Part shown: one piece after another, positions 1 through 8,231 of the stretch
Position numbering within the stretch: position 1 is the first letter of the stretch
Layout: every line of letters begins with the position of its first letter
Source of the DNA: Candidatus Cloacimonadales bacterium
GTDB lineage: Bacteria; Cloacimonadota; Cloacimonadia; Cloacimonadales; JAFGVF01
Length of the DNA stretch: 64,000 bases
Assembly (NCBI GenBank): GCA_963677495.2
Contig: CAXXOU010000003.1
Span: 416,001-480,000, forward strand
Direction of reading: 5' to 3'
Position numbers and translations under genes: made by a program
The notes under the pieces: model-generated
What the model was told of the DNA's origin: nothing
What the model saw: the letters and a program-made list of their open reading frames with translations, nothing else
Database searches by the model: none

Positions 1-117
1 GGCATTCCCTATTGCGGACTTAGGTTCATTTATTCTAGCCTTGGTTATGACCTTGAACTGTATAAAGAAATTGCGACACCTCGTATAAGATTAACACCAA
101 GTATTAAGTATTTGTCA

Positions 118-843
118 TCACCTGAATGCCAGATAAATTTGTAGCATAAAGGTTAGCGTTGTTATTATACCTGTATAAAGTCTCCAATTAAATCTTCTAG
201 GAGGAGGTACAACAAGGGTATCCCCGGGATAAAGGAGTAGATGTTCTCTATACTCCAAATCTTTGGAGTCTGCAAACCAGATATGCTTTAAGTTTACATT
301 AAACACTTCCCCATCTTTCCTGATAATCCTTATAGTTTTAACTTCTCTGATATTAACAATTCCTTTGGCTAACGCTAAAGCATCTGTGATTCGAATAGGT
401 TCATATATTTGATATTCACCTGCAGCATTAACATAACCAATAATATTGAGATTATGACCGTACATCTTATCGATGTAAATAGTTACGACAGGGATAGTTA
501 CATATGGCCTGAGCTGTTCTTTAATTATAGCACTTAACTGAGCAGATGTCAGACCGGCAACTTTAATACTACCAAGAAGAGGATATTCAATTCTACCATC
601 GGGTAGGACTAAGATTTTAGTCTTAGTAAACTCAATATGATCCATAACCAGGATAGATATCCTATCACCTTTTTGTAGAACATATTCATCTTCATCAACC
701 AGAACCAATGAATCAGGTAATGGGGCAACTTTTACCTCACCTTGAAAAACATCATCTTTAGTAATTCTGGGAATATAAGTACCTTGAGCAAAGATTGTAA
801 AAGTGAAAGTAGCAACTAAAAAAATCAGTAAATATCTCTTCAT
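118..843 (-). CDS. Polysaccharide export protein (Wza/Poly_export + SLBB domain)
   Basis: Poly_export motif YVLQKGDRISILV...VLPDGRIEYPLLGSIKVAGLT, then SLBB IIGYVNAAGEY...DALALAKG and LYPGDTLVVP. Start moved to ATG at 843 (MKRYLLIF, signal peptide, GAGG RBS). Confidence 0.85.
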   Translation of the reverse strand: MKRYLLIFLVATFTFTIFAQGTYIPRITKDDVFQGEVKVAPLPDSLVLVDEDEYVLQKGDRISILVMDHIEFTKTKILVLPDGRIEYPLLGSIKVAGLTSAQLSAIIKEQLRPYVTIPVVTIYIDKMYGHNLNIIGYVNAAGEYQIYEPIRITDALALAKGIVNIREVKTIRIIRKDGEVFNVNLKHIWFADSKDLEYREHLLLYPGDTLVVPPPRRFNWRLYTGIITTLTFMLQIYLAFR

Positions 844-850
844 AAGAACC

Positions 851-1936
851 TCAATTATTGATTTCATCGAATATCTTTTTTTTGTATCTAAGGGGATTTG
901 CTTCCCAGTATTTTTCACCATTATATTCAGTAATAATACCCGGGTAAGTAAACATCTTCAAGTCCTTTGATGTCATTTTTCTTACTTTATTAGATAACTC
1001 AATTGCTTGTGGTATAGCAATATTTGTTTCTGCATCATCTAATATAGCTTTACCGACCTGTCCACTCTTGAAGTAATCAAGCTGTGAAAACTTACTCCAA
1101 AGCTCGTTCATAAAACTCTTTTGCCTGGTAATCCTATTAATAGTGCCTGTTTTGTAGTCAAGTCTCCTCATCTCCTTAGCAATAAATGTAATATAGAACC
1201 AGGAAGTATAGCCGTCAATTATATGGACACCACTATTAACTCGATATTCCTTAGCGAACTCTTTTGGAATATCGACTTTTACACCTCCAATATGGTCAAT
1301 AAATTTAATCCATGCCGGTCTATCTTGAGCGAAGAAATAATCTATATCTGTCTCAGTAACCTCTGAAACAGATTGCACAAGGGCAGATGTACCACCAATA
1401 AGATACATTTCATATAAAGTTTTAACATTACCTAGAAAGTCATGAACAGATGTAAACCAAGGAAGATGAGTTGCTGAGATAATGCCATATGTGGGATACA
1501 CATCTATCAAAATGAAAGTCCTTGGTAGACCAGCATAAATGATAGTAAACCTATCTTGATCTTCAATCATTGGCGTCTTTGGCTTAGGAATTGGAGGTAG
1601 CTTAATTCTTTTAACCGGAGGAGATTTCTTCACTTTACATGGTATACAATATGACTCCCAAGCTTCTATAATCATATCAGGATTGAACCTATCAATGTCA
1701 GCATTAGGCTTCATGCCATCAGCTTTTCTTATTAACTCGTAAAGGGTCATACCTTCATACATTGGATAAACGCCTGGGTCATAAACACAGCCACCAACAC
1801 CAGCGTAGGTTATTTCCCTTTTACTACAAGATTTAGGAAATAGAAGAAATACAATAACAGCAGAAATAATCAGAAGAAAATAGATTACTGAATAGATGTA
1901 TTTACGAGTATTACTATTTTTACGTCGCTTTTTCAC
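851..1936 (-). CDS. Membrane protein with SLBB domain, Pro-rich linker and degenerate LCP (LytR-CpsA-Psr) domain
   Basis: N-terminal TM; ComEA-like SLBB VGGCVYDPGVYPM...LYELIRKADG; LCP-like FIDHIGGVKVDI, INRITRQKSF, AETNIA. GTG start overlapping the wzc stop. Confidence 0.7.
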   Translation of the reverse strand: MKKRRKNSNTRKYIYSVIYFLLIISAVIVFLLFPKSCSKREITYAGVGGCVYDPGVYPMYEGMTLYELIRKADGMKPNADIDRFNPDMIIEAWESYCIPCKVKKSPPVKRIKLPPIPKPKTPMIEDQDRFTIIYAGLPRTFILIDVYPTYGIISATHLPWFTSVHDFLGNVKTLYEMYLIGGTSALVQSVSEVTETDIDYFFAQDRPAWIKFIDHIGGVKVDIPKEFAKEYRVNSGVHIIDGYTSWFYITFIAKEMRRLDYKTGTINRITRQKSFMNELWSKFSQLDYFKSGQVGKAILDDAETNIAIPQAIELSNKVRKMTSKDLKMFTYPGIITEYNGEKYWEANPLRYKKKIFDEINN

Positions 1937-4482
1937 TATTCATCCATATCAAGTTCATCATCCAAGCCGATAAATACTTTCAACTTGTGAAGATACAGCT
2001 CAAAACCTTTCTTCTTTCTTACTCGACCGAAGTGTGTTTCAGAGTGCACTTCATTTTCAAGGATTTCATCTTCTAGTAAGAAAGTTCTCTCAACTTTAGA
2101 ACGATTCTTAACAATAGAGAGAATCTTTAAAGGATTGTATTTATTGAAGAAACTTGATTTATCGGATTGAGGACCATACTGTTTTGAATAGTAGTAGTAA
2201 CTATAATGATAATAATCTTGGTAAGTTTTATCAAATACTTCTTTAAGCATCGAGTTAGCAATAACTCCACCAATTTTTGTATCCAGTATTTGGATTTTTT
2301 TAAGTAGTTTTTTGCAGCTGATAGAAGTAGTAAACCCCATTTTAGAAGTAAGAAGAACACAATCCATTTCGTTAACAAGAACAGATGTTTCAGGGAAATA
2401 CATGGCAGCCGGTGTATCAATAATTATGATATCACAAACGGTTTTCAAGTCATTGATAATATCCTTAAATCTTTCACTATGGTAAAGATGAGCGACACTA
2501 GGAGGGCATTTACCTGTAGGTAATATCATTAAATTATCAATTCGTGTTTTCTGAATAACTTCATGAATTGCCATCTGTTCAGTCAACACTTCGGAAAAGC
2601 CGAAAGCTTTAGTTTGTTTGTAATATCTTGAGATTTGGGGATTATAGAAATCAGCATCAACTAAAAGAGTTTTAGTATTATTATTCGCCAAAGCTATCGC
2701 TAAATAGTTAGTAATGGTTGACTTTCCTTCTCCCTTGAGAGAACTAACCACAGCTATGGCATTGTTTCTTTTATTAAGAATTAGATACCTGAAGTTCAAC
2801 GCTATTTCATTAAAAACACTTCTTACAAGTTCCTGATTATGTACTTCATCATCTGTTTTCTTAGCAGTTTGTGCATCAAGTTTTAAAGGGTTAAATTTGA
2901 ATTTTGGTATTGTCCCAATTACCGGAATATTAGGATATACTTGCAGTAGCTTTTTGATGCTACTTATCTTATTGTCAAACCTGGTTAATAAGAAAACTAA
3001 TGCAACGCTAAGAGCTAGCCCAAAAGCGAATCCATTCAGAAGAGCCATAAAAAGTTTTCCCCCTAAATGATTTTTAGGGACTGTAGCTTCTTCTAGTTGA
3101 ACGATTCTGTTAAGATCTACGTTAGCACTCAATCTAACATTGTTTAGCTGATTTTGTAGGTTTGTAATAGTTAGAATTAGTGCGTTTTGCTCCCGTTGCT
3201 TTGATTTGAGAATCGAGTTTTCTTCAGGACTAAGCTCCATATCGTCAATAATCTTCCTCAGAGCATTACGCTTTTGCTTTAAAGATATTGCCTTAGTTTG
3301 GGATTCTACAAGTTTCTTTAGAATTTGCTGCTTAAGCGGATTTTGCCCGACACTTCTCATTTGAATACTTTCTTCAACACCTTCAGAAATGAGAGTTCTG
3401 ACATTGGTTATATTCTTTTTAAGACCAATGACTTTAGGGTGGTTCTCTCCGTAAATAGTTAAGGCTCTAGCCAGCTCAACTTCAAGATTCATTAGCTTAA
3501 TCTTCAAAGGTTCACTATATGTTGTCTCAGTTACGTATGTCGAATCTTCTTCATTTAGCTTATTACTTAACACTTTTATATTTGATTCTTCTGCTTCCAG
3601 ATCAACCTCAATAGAAGTAAGTGTACCTTTGAAACTATTCAATCTTTTCAGGTTATCATCAAGATTTTCCCCATAGTTTCTGAAATCATTTCTTGAATAC
3701 AGAGATTTGGTAAGCACATTCAGTGAGTCAAGATCATCCGTCTTTGCCCTAATCTGCGTTTCCAGGTAATCAATTGTTTTTGTAAGGTTTTTCCTTCTAA
3801 CATAGCTATCATAGTCTTTCAAAGCTGTGAAATAGCTATTTGCAACATCGGTAGCTAGTACCGGATCTAGTGAAGTTGAGGAGATAACTAAAATAGATTC
3901 ATTTGTAGATGAACTTGAGCATCTGATCATACCTCGTGCTGCTCTTTGAGAAACTCTTCCATTAAGGTTCTCCGCAACTAACTTTGCAACATCTGAAGAG
4001 TAAACAATTTCTACCCATGTTGCTATGTCCATTGAGTTTTTTACTATAGGCTTATTGTTGATTACCTTGAGCTCAATTGAGTCTTCCTGAATAAGAATTC
4101 TTGTACTAGTTTTGTATACAGGAATCTGTCTCGAGTGATAGACATATGCACCCACTAATCCAAGAATCGTAAAAGCCAGAATTATCCACTTGTTTCGATA
4201 AGCAACTTCCAGATATTCAATCAATGAGGGCTCACTATTTTCATTTGGATTTGAAATAAATCCTGACAATTTTGAGTCATCTTCTTCTCTAATTGGCTCT
4301 TGATCGTCTATCTTAGCATTAGATGTTTGTGAAACCTGAGTTTCGATTTGTGCTTCAGAGGAAAAAACACTTTGGGAATCTTCAGTAGTTTCATTGGAAT
4401 CATTTAAATCGAGATTATCTCTTTCTAAATCATTTTCCTTTTGCTTTCTTATTTCAGTTATTGAAAGCCGTCTTTTTGACAT
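1936..4482 (-). CDS. wzc: Polysaccharide co-polymerase / BY-kinase (Wzc-like)
   Basis: Wzz-type N-domain (YLEVAYRNKWIILAF...PVYKTSTRILI), coiled coil, second TM, Walker A SSLKGEGKST, A' LLVDAD, B IIIDTP, Tyr cluster YQDYYHYSYYYY. Confidence 0.85.
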   Translation of the reverse strand: MSKRRLSITEIRKQKENDLERDNLDLNDSNETTEDSQSVFSSEAQIETQVSQTSNAKIDDQEPIREEDDSKLSGFISNPNENSEPSLIEYLEVAYRNKWIILAFTILGLVGAYVYHSRQIPVYKTSTRILIQEDSIELKVINNKPIVKNSMDIATWVEIVYSSDVAKLVAENLNGRVSQRAARGMIRCSSSSTNESILVISSTSLDPVLATDVANSYFTALKDYDSYVRRKNLTKTIDYLETQIRAKTDDLDSLNVLTKSLYSRNDFRNYGENLDDNLKRLNSFKGTLTSIEVDLEAEESNIKVLSNKLNEEDSTYVTETTYSEPLKIKLMNLEVELARALTIYGENHPKVIGLKKNITNVRTLISEGVEESIQMRSVGQNPLKQQILKKLVESQTKAISLKQKRNALRKIIDDMELSPEENSILKSKQREQNALILTITNLQNQLNNVRLSANVDLNRIVQLEEATVPKNHLGGKLFMALLNGFAFGLALSVALVFLLTRFDNKISSIKKLLQVYPNIPVIGTIPKFKFNPLKLDAQTAKKTDDEVHNQELVRSVFNEIALNFRYLILNKRNNAIAVVSSLKGEGKSTITNYLAIALANNNTKTLLVDADFYNPQISRYYKQTKAFGFSEVLTEQMAIHEVIQKTRIDNLMILPTGKCPPSVAHLYHSERFKDIINDLKTVCDIIIIDTPAAMYFPETSVLVNEMDCVLLTSKMGFTTSISCKKLLKKIQILDTKIGGVIANSMLKEVFDKTYQDYYHYSYYYYSKQYGPQSDKSSFFNKYNPLKILSIVKNRSKVERTFLLEDEILENEVHSETHFGRVRKKKGFELYLHKLKVFIGLDDELDMDE

Positions 4483-5321
4483 TACATTTCCCTACCATGA
4501 TAAGCTAAGTCAGTGAATACCATTTCCATCGTATCCTTATCAATTAGCTTTGCTTTCTCTGCAGAAGCAACATCCATTGCAATTTTACAAGCACGATTTA
4601 TTTCCCGCGGGATGCCTGAAGTCTTTCTATAGATAACTCTCAAAGCATCTGCTGTGAAAATTCTCTGCTTTGCACCAGATACCTTCAATCTATATTCAAC
4701 ATATGAGCTGGTATCATCTGAGCTCATATGGTTTAAGTGAAATCTCATCCCGATTCTTTGGTCAACCTGAGGAAGTTTTCTAATACTTTTCATGATAGCT
4801 GGTTGTCCAATGAGAATGAGTTTAATTGGGCAAAAATAGTTATAATTAATGTTAGTTAGGTCCTTTAAGAGATCCAAGTCTTTTGCTGAAATTTTCTGAG
4901 CCTCATCAAGAAATATATATATTAAACCTTTTGTGTACAGAAGTTCATCTTCAATGTACTTTTGCAACATTTTGAAAAGGTAATATCTTTTTTTTGGTAG
5001 TTTCATTGCATCTGTATCCAGAATCTGAGAAAGCACTTCTGTAAGTATCTCATTGTAAGTGAAAGATGTTGAGTCAATGTTAACAACTATATTGTTCATA
5101 TTACTTTTTTTAAGTTCAGAAATCAGTACCATCTTAGTTATCGTTTTACCGGTTCCGATCTCTCCGCTAAGTAATCCCAGATTCATGCTTTGAGAATTAA
5201 CCACATATTTAAGTCGCTCCAAAGCTTCATAATGGTCAGTACTTTTATAAAAGAATTTTGGGTTATTATTGTCCTCAAATGGTGGTTCATTAATATTCCA
5301 AAAGCTATAATAATCTATCAA
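4482..5321 (-). CDS. ExeA/GspA-like AAA ATPase
   Basis: YYSFWNINEPPF start, Walker A GEIGTGKT, Walker B IFLDEAQ, LILIGQP, SGIPREINRAC; no C-terminal peptidoglycan-binding domain. Confidence 0.85.
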   Translation of the reverse strand: MIDYYSFWNINEPPFEDNNNPKFFYKSTDHYEALERLKYVVNSQSMNLGLLSGEIGTGKTITKMVLISELKKSNMNNIVVNIDSTSFTYNEILTEVLSQILDTDAMKLPKKRYYLFKMLQKYIEDELLYTKGLIYIFLDEAQKISAKDLDLLKDLTNINYNYFCPIKLILIGQPAIMKSIRKLPQVDQRIGMRFHLNHMSSDDTSSYVEYRLKVSGAKQRIFTADALRVIYRKTSGIPREINRACKIAMDVASAEKAKLIDKDTMEMVFTDLAYHGREM

Positions 5322-5329
5322 TATTACTC

Positions 5330-5989
5330 CTATTTTCTCTGGCTAATTTTTATTTCAACTCTTCTATTTTTATATCTATTCTCTTCACTATCGTTTGCAA
5401 CTAAAGGCTTGAACTCGCCATATCCCATTATCTGTAACTGATCAGCAGTGAAGTATCCGTTACGAATGAAGAATTTAACAATACTCAATGCTCTAGCAGT
5501 AGATAGCTCCCAATTTGAAGCATACTTATTATTGGCAATAGGTACGTTATCGGTATGACCTTCTATCCTAATTTGCCAGTTATCATCATCCTTAATAACA
5601 TTTTTAATTTCAATTGCTATTTTCATTAAAGTATCATGAGACAACCATCTAAGCTCAGCTTCTCCTGATTCAAAAAGTATCTCGCCCGGTACAGAAATCA
5701 CTTTTTCATTAATATCACCGTCAAGTTTGTTTTCAAGCGAGTCAACTATAGTCTGAGCAGCCTCAAGTTGTTTCTTCTGTTCCTCAGCTATTGTTTTCCA
5801 ACCAGTCTCAGTATCTCCAATCACGAAATAGAAAACAAAGAAGATGAGTAACAGAGTCATCATATCAGCATAAGGAACCAAAGCAGTATAGAATCCAGAG
5901 AAGTCATTATCAGGAGTGTTATTAGTACTCTCCTCAATCTCTTTAATGACTTGCTTCGATTTACCTTTAAAATCCTTAGTATTAAGCAT
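5330..5989 (-). CDS. motB: Stator B subunit, MotB/PomB-like (TM with ion-binding Asp + OmpA-like PG-binding domain)
   Basis: TM motif VPYADMMTLLLIFF; OmpA-like ILFESGEAEL, IRIEGHTDNVPI, SNWELSTARA, NRRVEI. Confidence 0.85.
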   Translation of the reverse strand: MLNTKDFKGKSKQVIKEIEESTNNTPDNDFSGFYTALVPYADMMTLLLIFFVFYFVIGDTETGWKTIAEEQKKQLEAAQTIVDSLENKLDGDINEKVISVPGEILFESGEAELRWLSHDTLMKIAIEIKNVIKDDDNWQIRIEGHTDNVPIANNKYASNWELSTARALSIVKFFIRNGYFTADQLQIMGYGEFKPLVANDSEENRYKNRRVEIKISQRK

Positions 5990-6719
5990 AGATCTTTGTT
6001 AATTCTGTTCTGATAATTTCAGAGTTGCGCTTTTCAATAACACCTGATATACCTTGAATAATAATTTCTCTAGAAATAAACTCATGCTCCGAGCGTGAAG
6101 ATATTTTACCTGCTATCGGTCTAAATATTACAACTGACAAAACTAGACCATATAGTGTAGTAACGAGTGCAAGACTCATTGCTTGCGGGATAACAGCTGG
6201 ATCAGCAATATTGCCAAGCATAGCAATCAATCCAATCACAGTACCAATCATGCCAAACATCGGAGATATATTACTCGCTACACTAAAAATCTTTGCTGCA
6301 CGTAATCCTGATCTCAGAATCGATCTACTCTCAGATTCGAGAAATTCCGAAATCCTTTCTTTAGGTATATTATCTGCTAACATAGTAATAGTTGTCAATA
6401 GAAAAGGAATGTTTTGAACTTCGTCGTATCCTTGTATCTCGATAAAGCTAAGAGTTCTGGAGTCTTTACTAACACCAACCATAATGTCTACCATATCATC
6501 ATGTGTTGTAGGTGGTGTGAAGTAAACTGAGCTCAAAGTCTTTAATGAATCCTGAAGATTAGAAATGGAGTAAGTTGCTAATAAAGCTGCAATTGTTCCT
6601 CCAAGAGTAACCAATAATGCAATAGGATCAAAGTATTCTATTAAAGTTCCTTTCGCACTAATAGCTATGAGAATTATTGCAACACTTAGTATGATACCGA
6701 TTAATGTACTTATTTTCAT
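5982..6719 (-). CDS. motA: Stator A subunit, MotA/PomA-like
   Basis: N-terminal hydrophobic helices (STLIGII; LLVTLGGTIAA), cytoplasmic loop, SPMFGMIGTVIGLIAML, AMSLALVTTLYG, PIAGKI; overlaps motB by 8 nt. Confidence 0.85.
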   Translation of the reverse strand: MKISTLIGIILSVAIILIAISAKGTLIEYFDPIALLVTLGGTIAALLATYSISNLQDSLKTLSSVYFTPPTTHDDMVDIMVGVSKDSRTLSFIEIQGYDEVQNIPFLLTTITMLADNIPKERISEFLESESRSILRSGLRAAKIFSVASNISPMFGMIGTVIGLIAMLGNIADPAVIPQAMSLALVTTLYGLVLSVVIFRPIAGKISSRSEHEFISREIIIQGISGVIEKRNSEIIRTELTKIYA

Positions 6720-6728
6720 GCTAATCCT

Positions 6729-8108
6729 TTAAAAACTTAGTATTTGACGAATCTTTCTTAATGAATAGTTAAGGATTGTATTTTTCTCTTTCTTGCTCAA
6801 CTCACCGTAAGATTCAATATCTTCTTTAATAATCATTATTGCTCGTTCTGATAGCTGTGAATAGAATTTACTCTTAATCTTAGAGTTCACGCTTGCAAGA
6901 AACTTCACGAGTTCTAGGTGGGTTAATTCAAGAGAAATCTGTTCAATCTGGACATTAGAAAGCACAAGGATATCTTCCAAAAGGAAAACTTTATCTGATA
7001 TTTCTTTAGCCTTGTATGAATCCACAAGCTGAATTGAATCGTAAAGATTCTGTGAAACTTCAAAATTGGAATTGTTAATTATTTTTGCGAGAAGTCCAAC
7101 ACCTTCGAGTTGAATGGCTTCCTTCTCCATTACTTCTAGATATTTGTTATAAAGACCTACAACCAATATTTTTAGGTCCAGTTTGAGCTTTGTTTGGTTT
7201 GAAAGCATAGCCTGAATAATCTGGTTGCGATTCTTAGTAACATGTTGGAAAAAGTTACCAGCTTTTGAAGGAGATATTTGGGAAAGAATAAATGCAATAT
7301 CTTCAGGAGTTTCCTCTTCAAGTATTTCTGCCATGTTTTCATCTGAAAGTTCTTCTAAAAAATCAAATCTTGTAGGCATAGCATCGTCTTCTTCATCTTT
7401 TAAAACTCTGACTTTTAAGGGTTCAAGAGGAACTTTGGGGTGTGAACTTTCGACCTGAGCTGTTTGAATAACATCAGGCATCTTAGCACTGCTTATAGCT
7501 TCTATGTTTGATACTTTTATCTTTCTCATCGATTTTGCAATGATTCTCATTCCGGATCTAATGTTATTTAGTAAAAGGAACATTAAGAAAATTACAATGA
7601 TAAAGAAATATAGTTGATAATTGTTTGCTTTAGGTTTACTCATTTCAGCGAGCATAGCCTCAGTTTTAATATCTAAAATATCGCCCTGAACTTCATTGAT
7701 TGTTATAATATCTCTAATCTCATTCTCAAGGAAAATTATCAATGTTTGAGATGTTTTAAGAGGTACTTTCACACTAATCTTCTTTCTTAATATCTCGGTA
7801 GGAATCACATCTTTAAGATCAGTTTCAACAATCTTGTTATCTGTCTTACCAACCGGTAAACCGGGTAAACTCATACTTGGATCATACTTAAAGTCAGATG
7901 ATTTAGCTTCGAATAGATTGTATTTCAAGTCTAAATCAACACCAACGATGCATTCACCAACAAATGGCTTAACAATATCTTCAATTCGGTTAGCAAGCTC
8001 ATTTTCAGCTTTTAACTCAGCAAGCGAACTGGTTGCTTCAGAGTTAAGATTTGCAAAAATGAACAAGATAGAAAAAATCAACAGAAGCAGTTTAATTTTT
8101 CTTATCAT
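6729..8108 (-). CDS. FliF(RBM3-like)-TM-FliG(middle + C-terminal) fusion protein
   Basis: Signal/TM; ENELANRIEDIVKPFVGECIVGVDLDL...LPGLP...KKISVKV...INEVQGDILDI (FliF ring domain pattern); TM YFFIIVIFLMFLLL; FliG-M FDFLEEL...EETPEDIAFILSQI; FliG-C KVFLLEDIL...QLSERAIMIIKEDIE. Confidence 0.75.
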   Translation of the reverse strand: MIRKIKLLLLIFSILFIFANLNSEATSSLAELKAENELANRIEDIVKPFVGECIVGVDLDLKYNLFEAKSSDFKYDPSMSLPGLPVGKTDNKIVETDLKDVIPTEILRKKISVKVPLKTSQTLIIFLENEIRDIITINEVQGDILDIKTEAMLAEMSKPKANNYQLYFFIIVIFLMFLLLNNIRSGMRIIAKSMRKIKVSNIEAISSAKMPDVIQTAQVESSHPKVPLEPLKVRVLKDEEDDAMPTRFDFLEELSDENMAEILEEETPEDIAFILSQISPSKAGNFFQHVTKNRNQIIQAMLSNQTKLKLDLKILVVGLYNKYLEVMEKEAIQLEGVGLLAKIINNSNFEVSQNLYDSIQLVDSYKAKEISDKVFLLEDILVLSNVQIEQISLELTHLELVKFLASVNSKIKSKFYSQLSERAIMIIKEDIESYGELSKKEKNTILNYSLRKIRQILSF

Positions 8109-8231
8109 CTATTCCTCCATATCTTGTATGTATTTATATCTACATGAGAAACTAGGCAAGTAAAAATTTATAATTTTTTTGTTTGACTTCACAAAAAACC
8201 CCAGCTATTAATGCAGTGATAAGGAGCGATC

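Noticed and set aside
5330..6719. Zorya (ZorA/ZorB) anti-phage system
   Set aside because: The A subunit is only 245 aa with no long cytoplasmic tail, there are no ZorC/D/E-like neighbours, and the adjacent gene is FliG-like.
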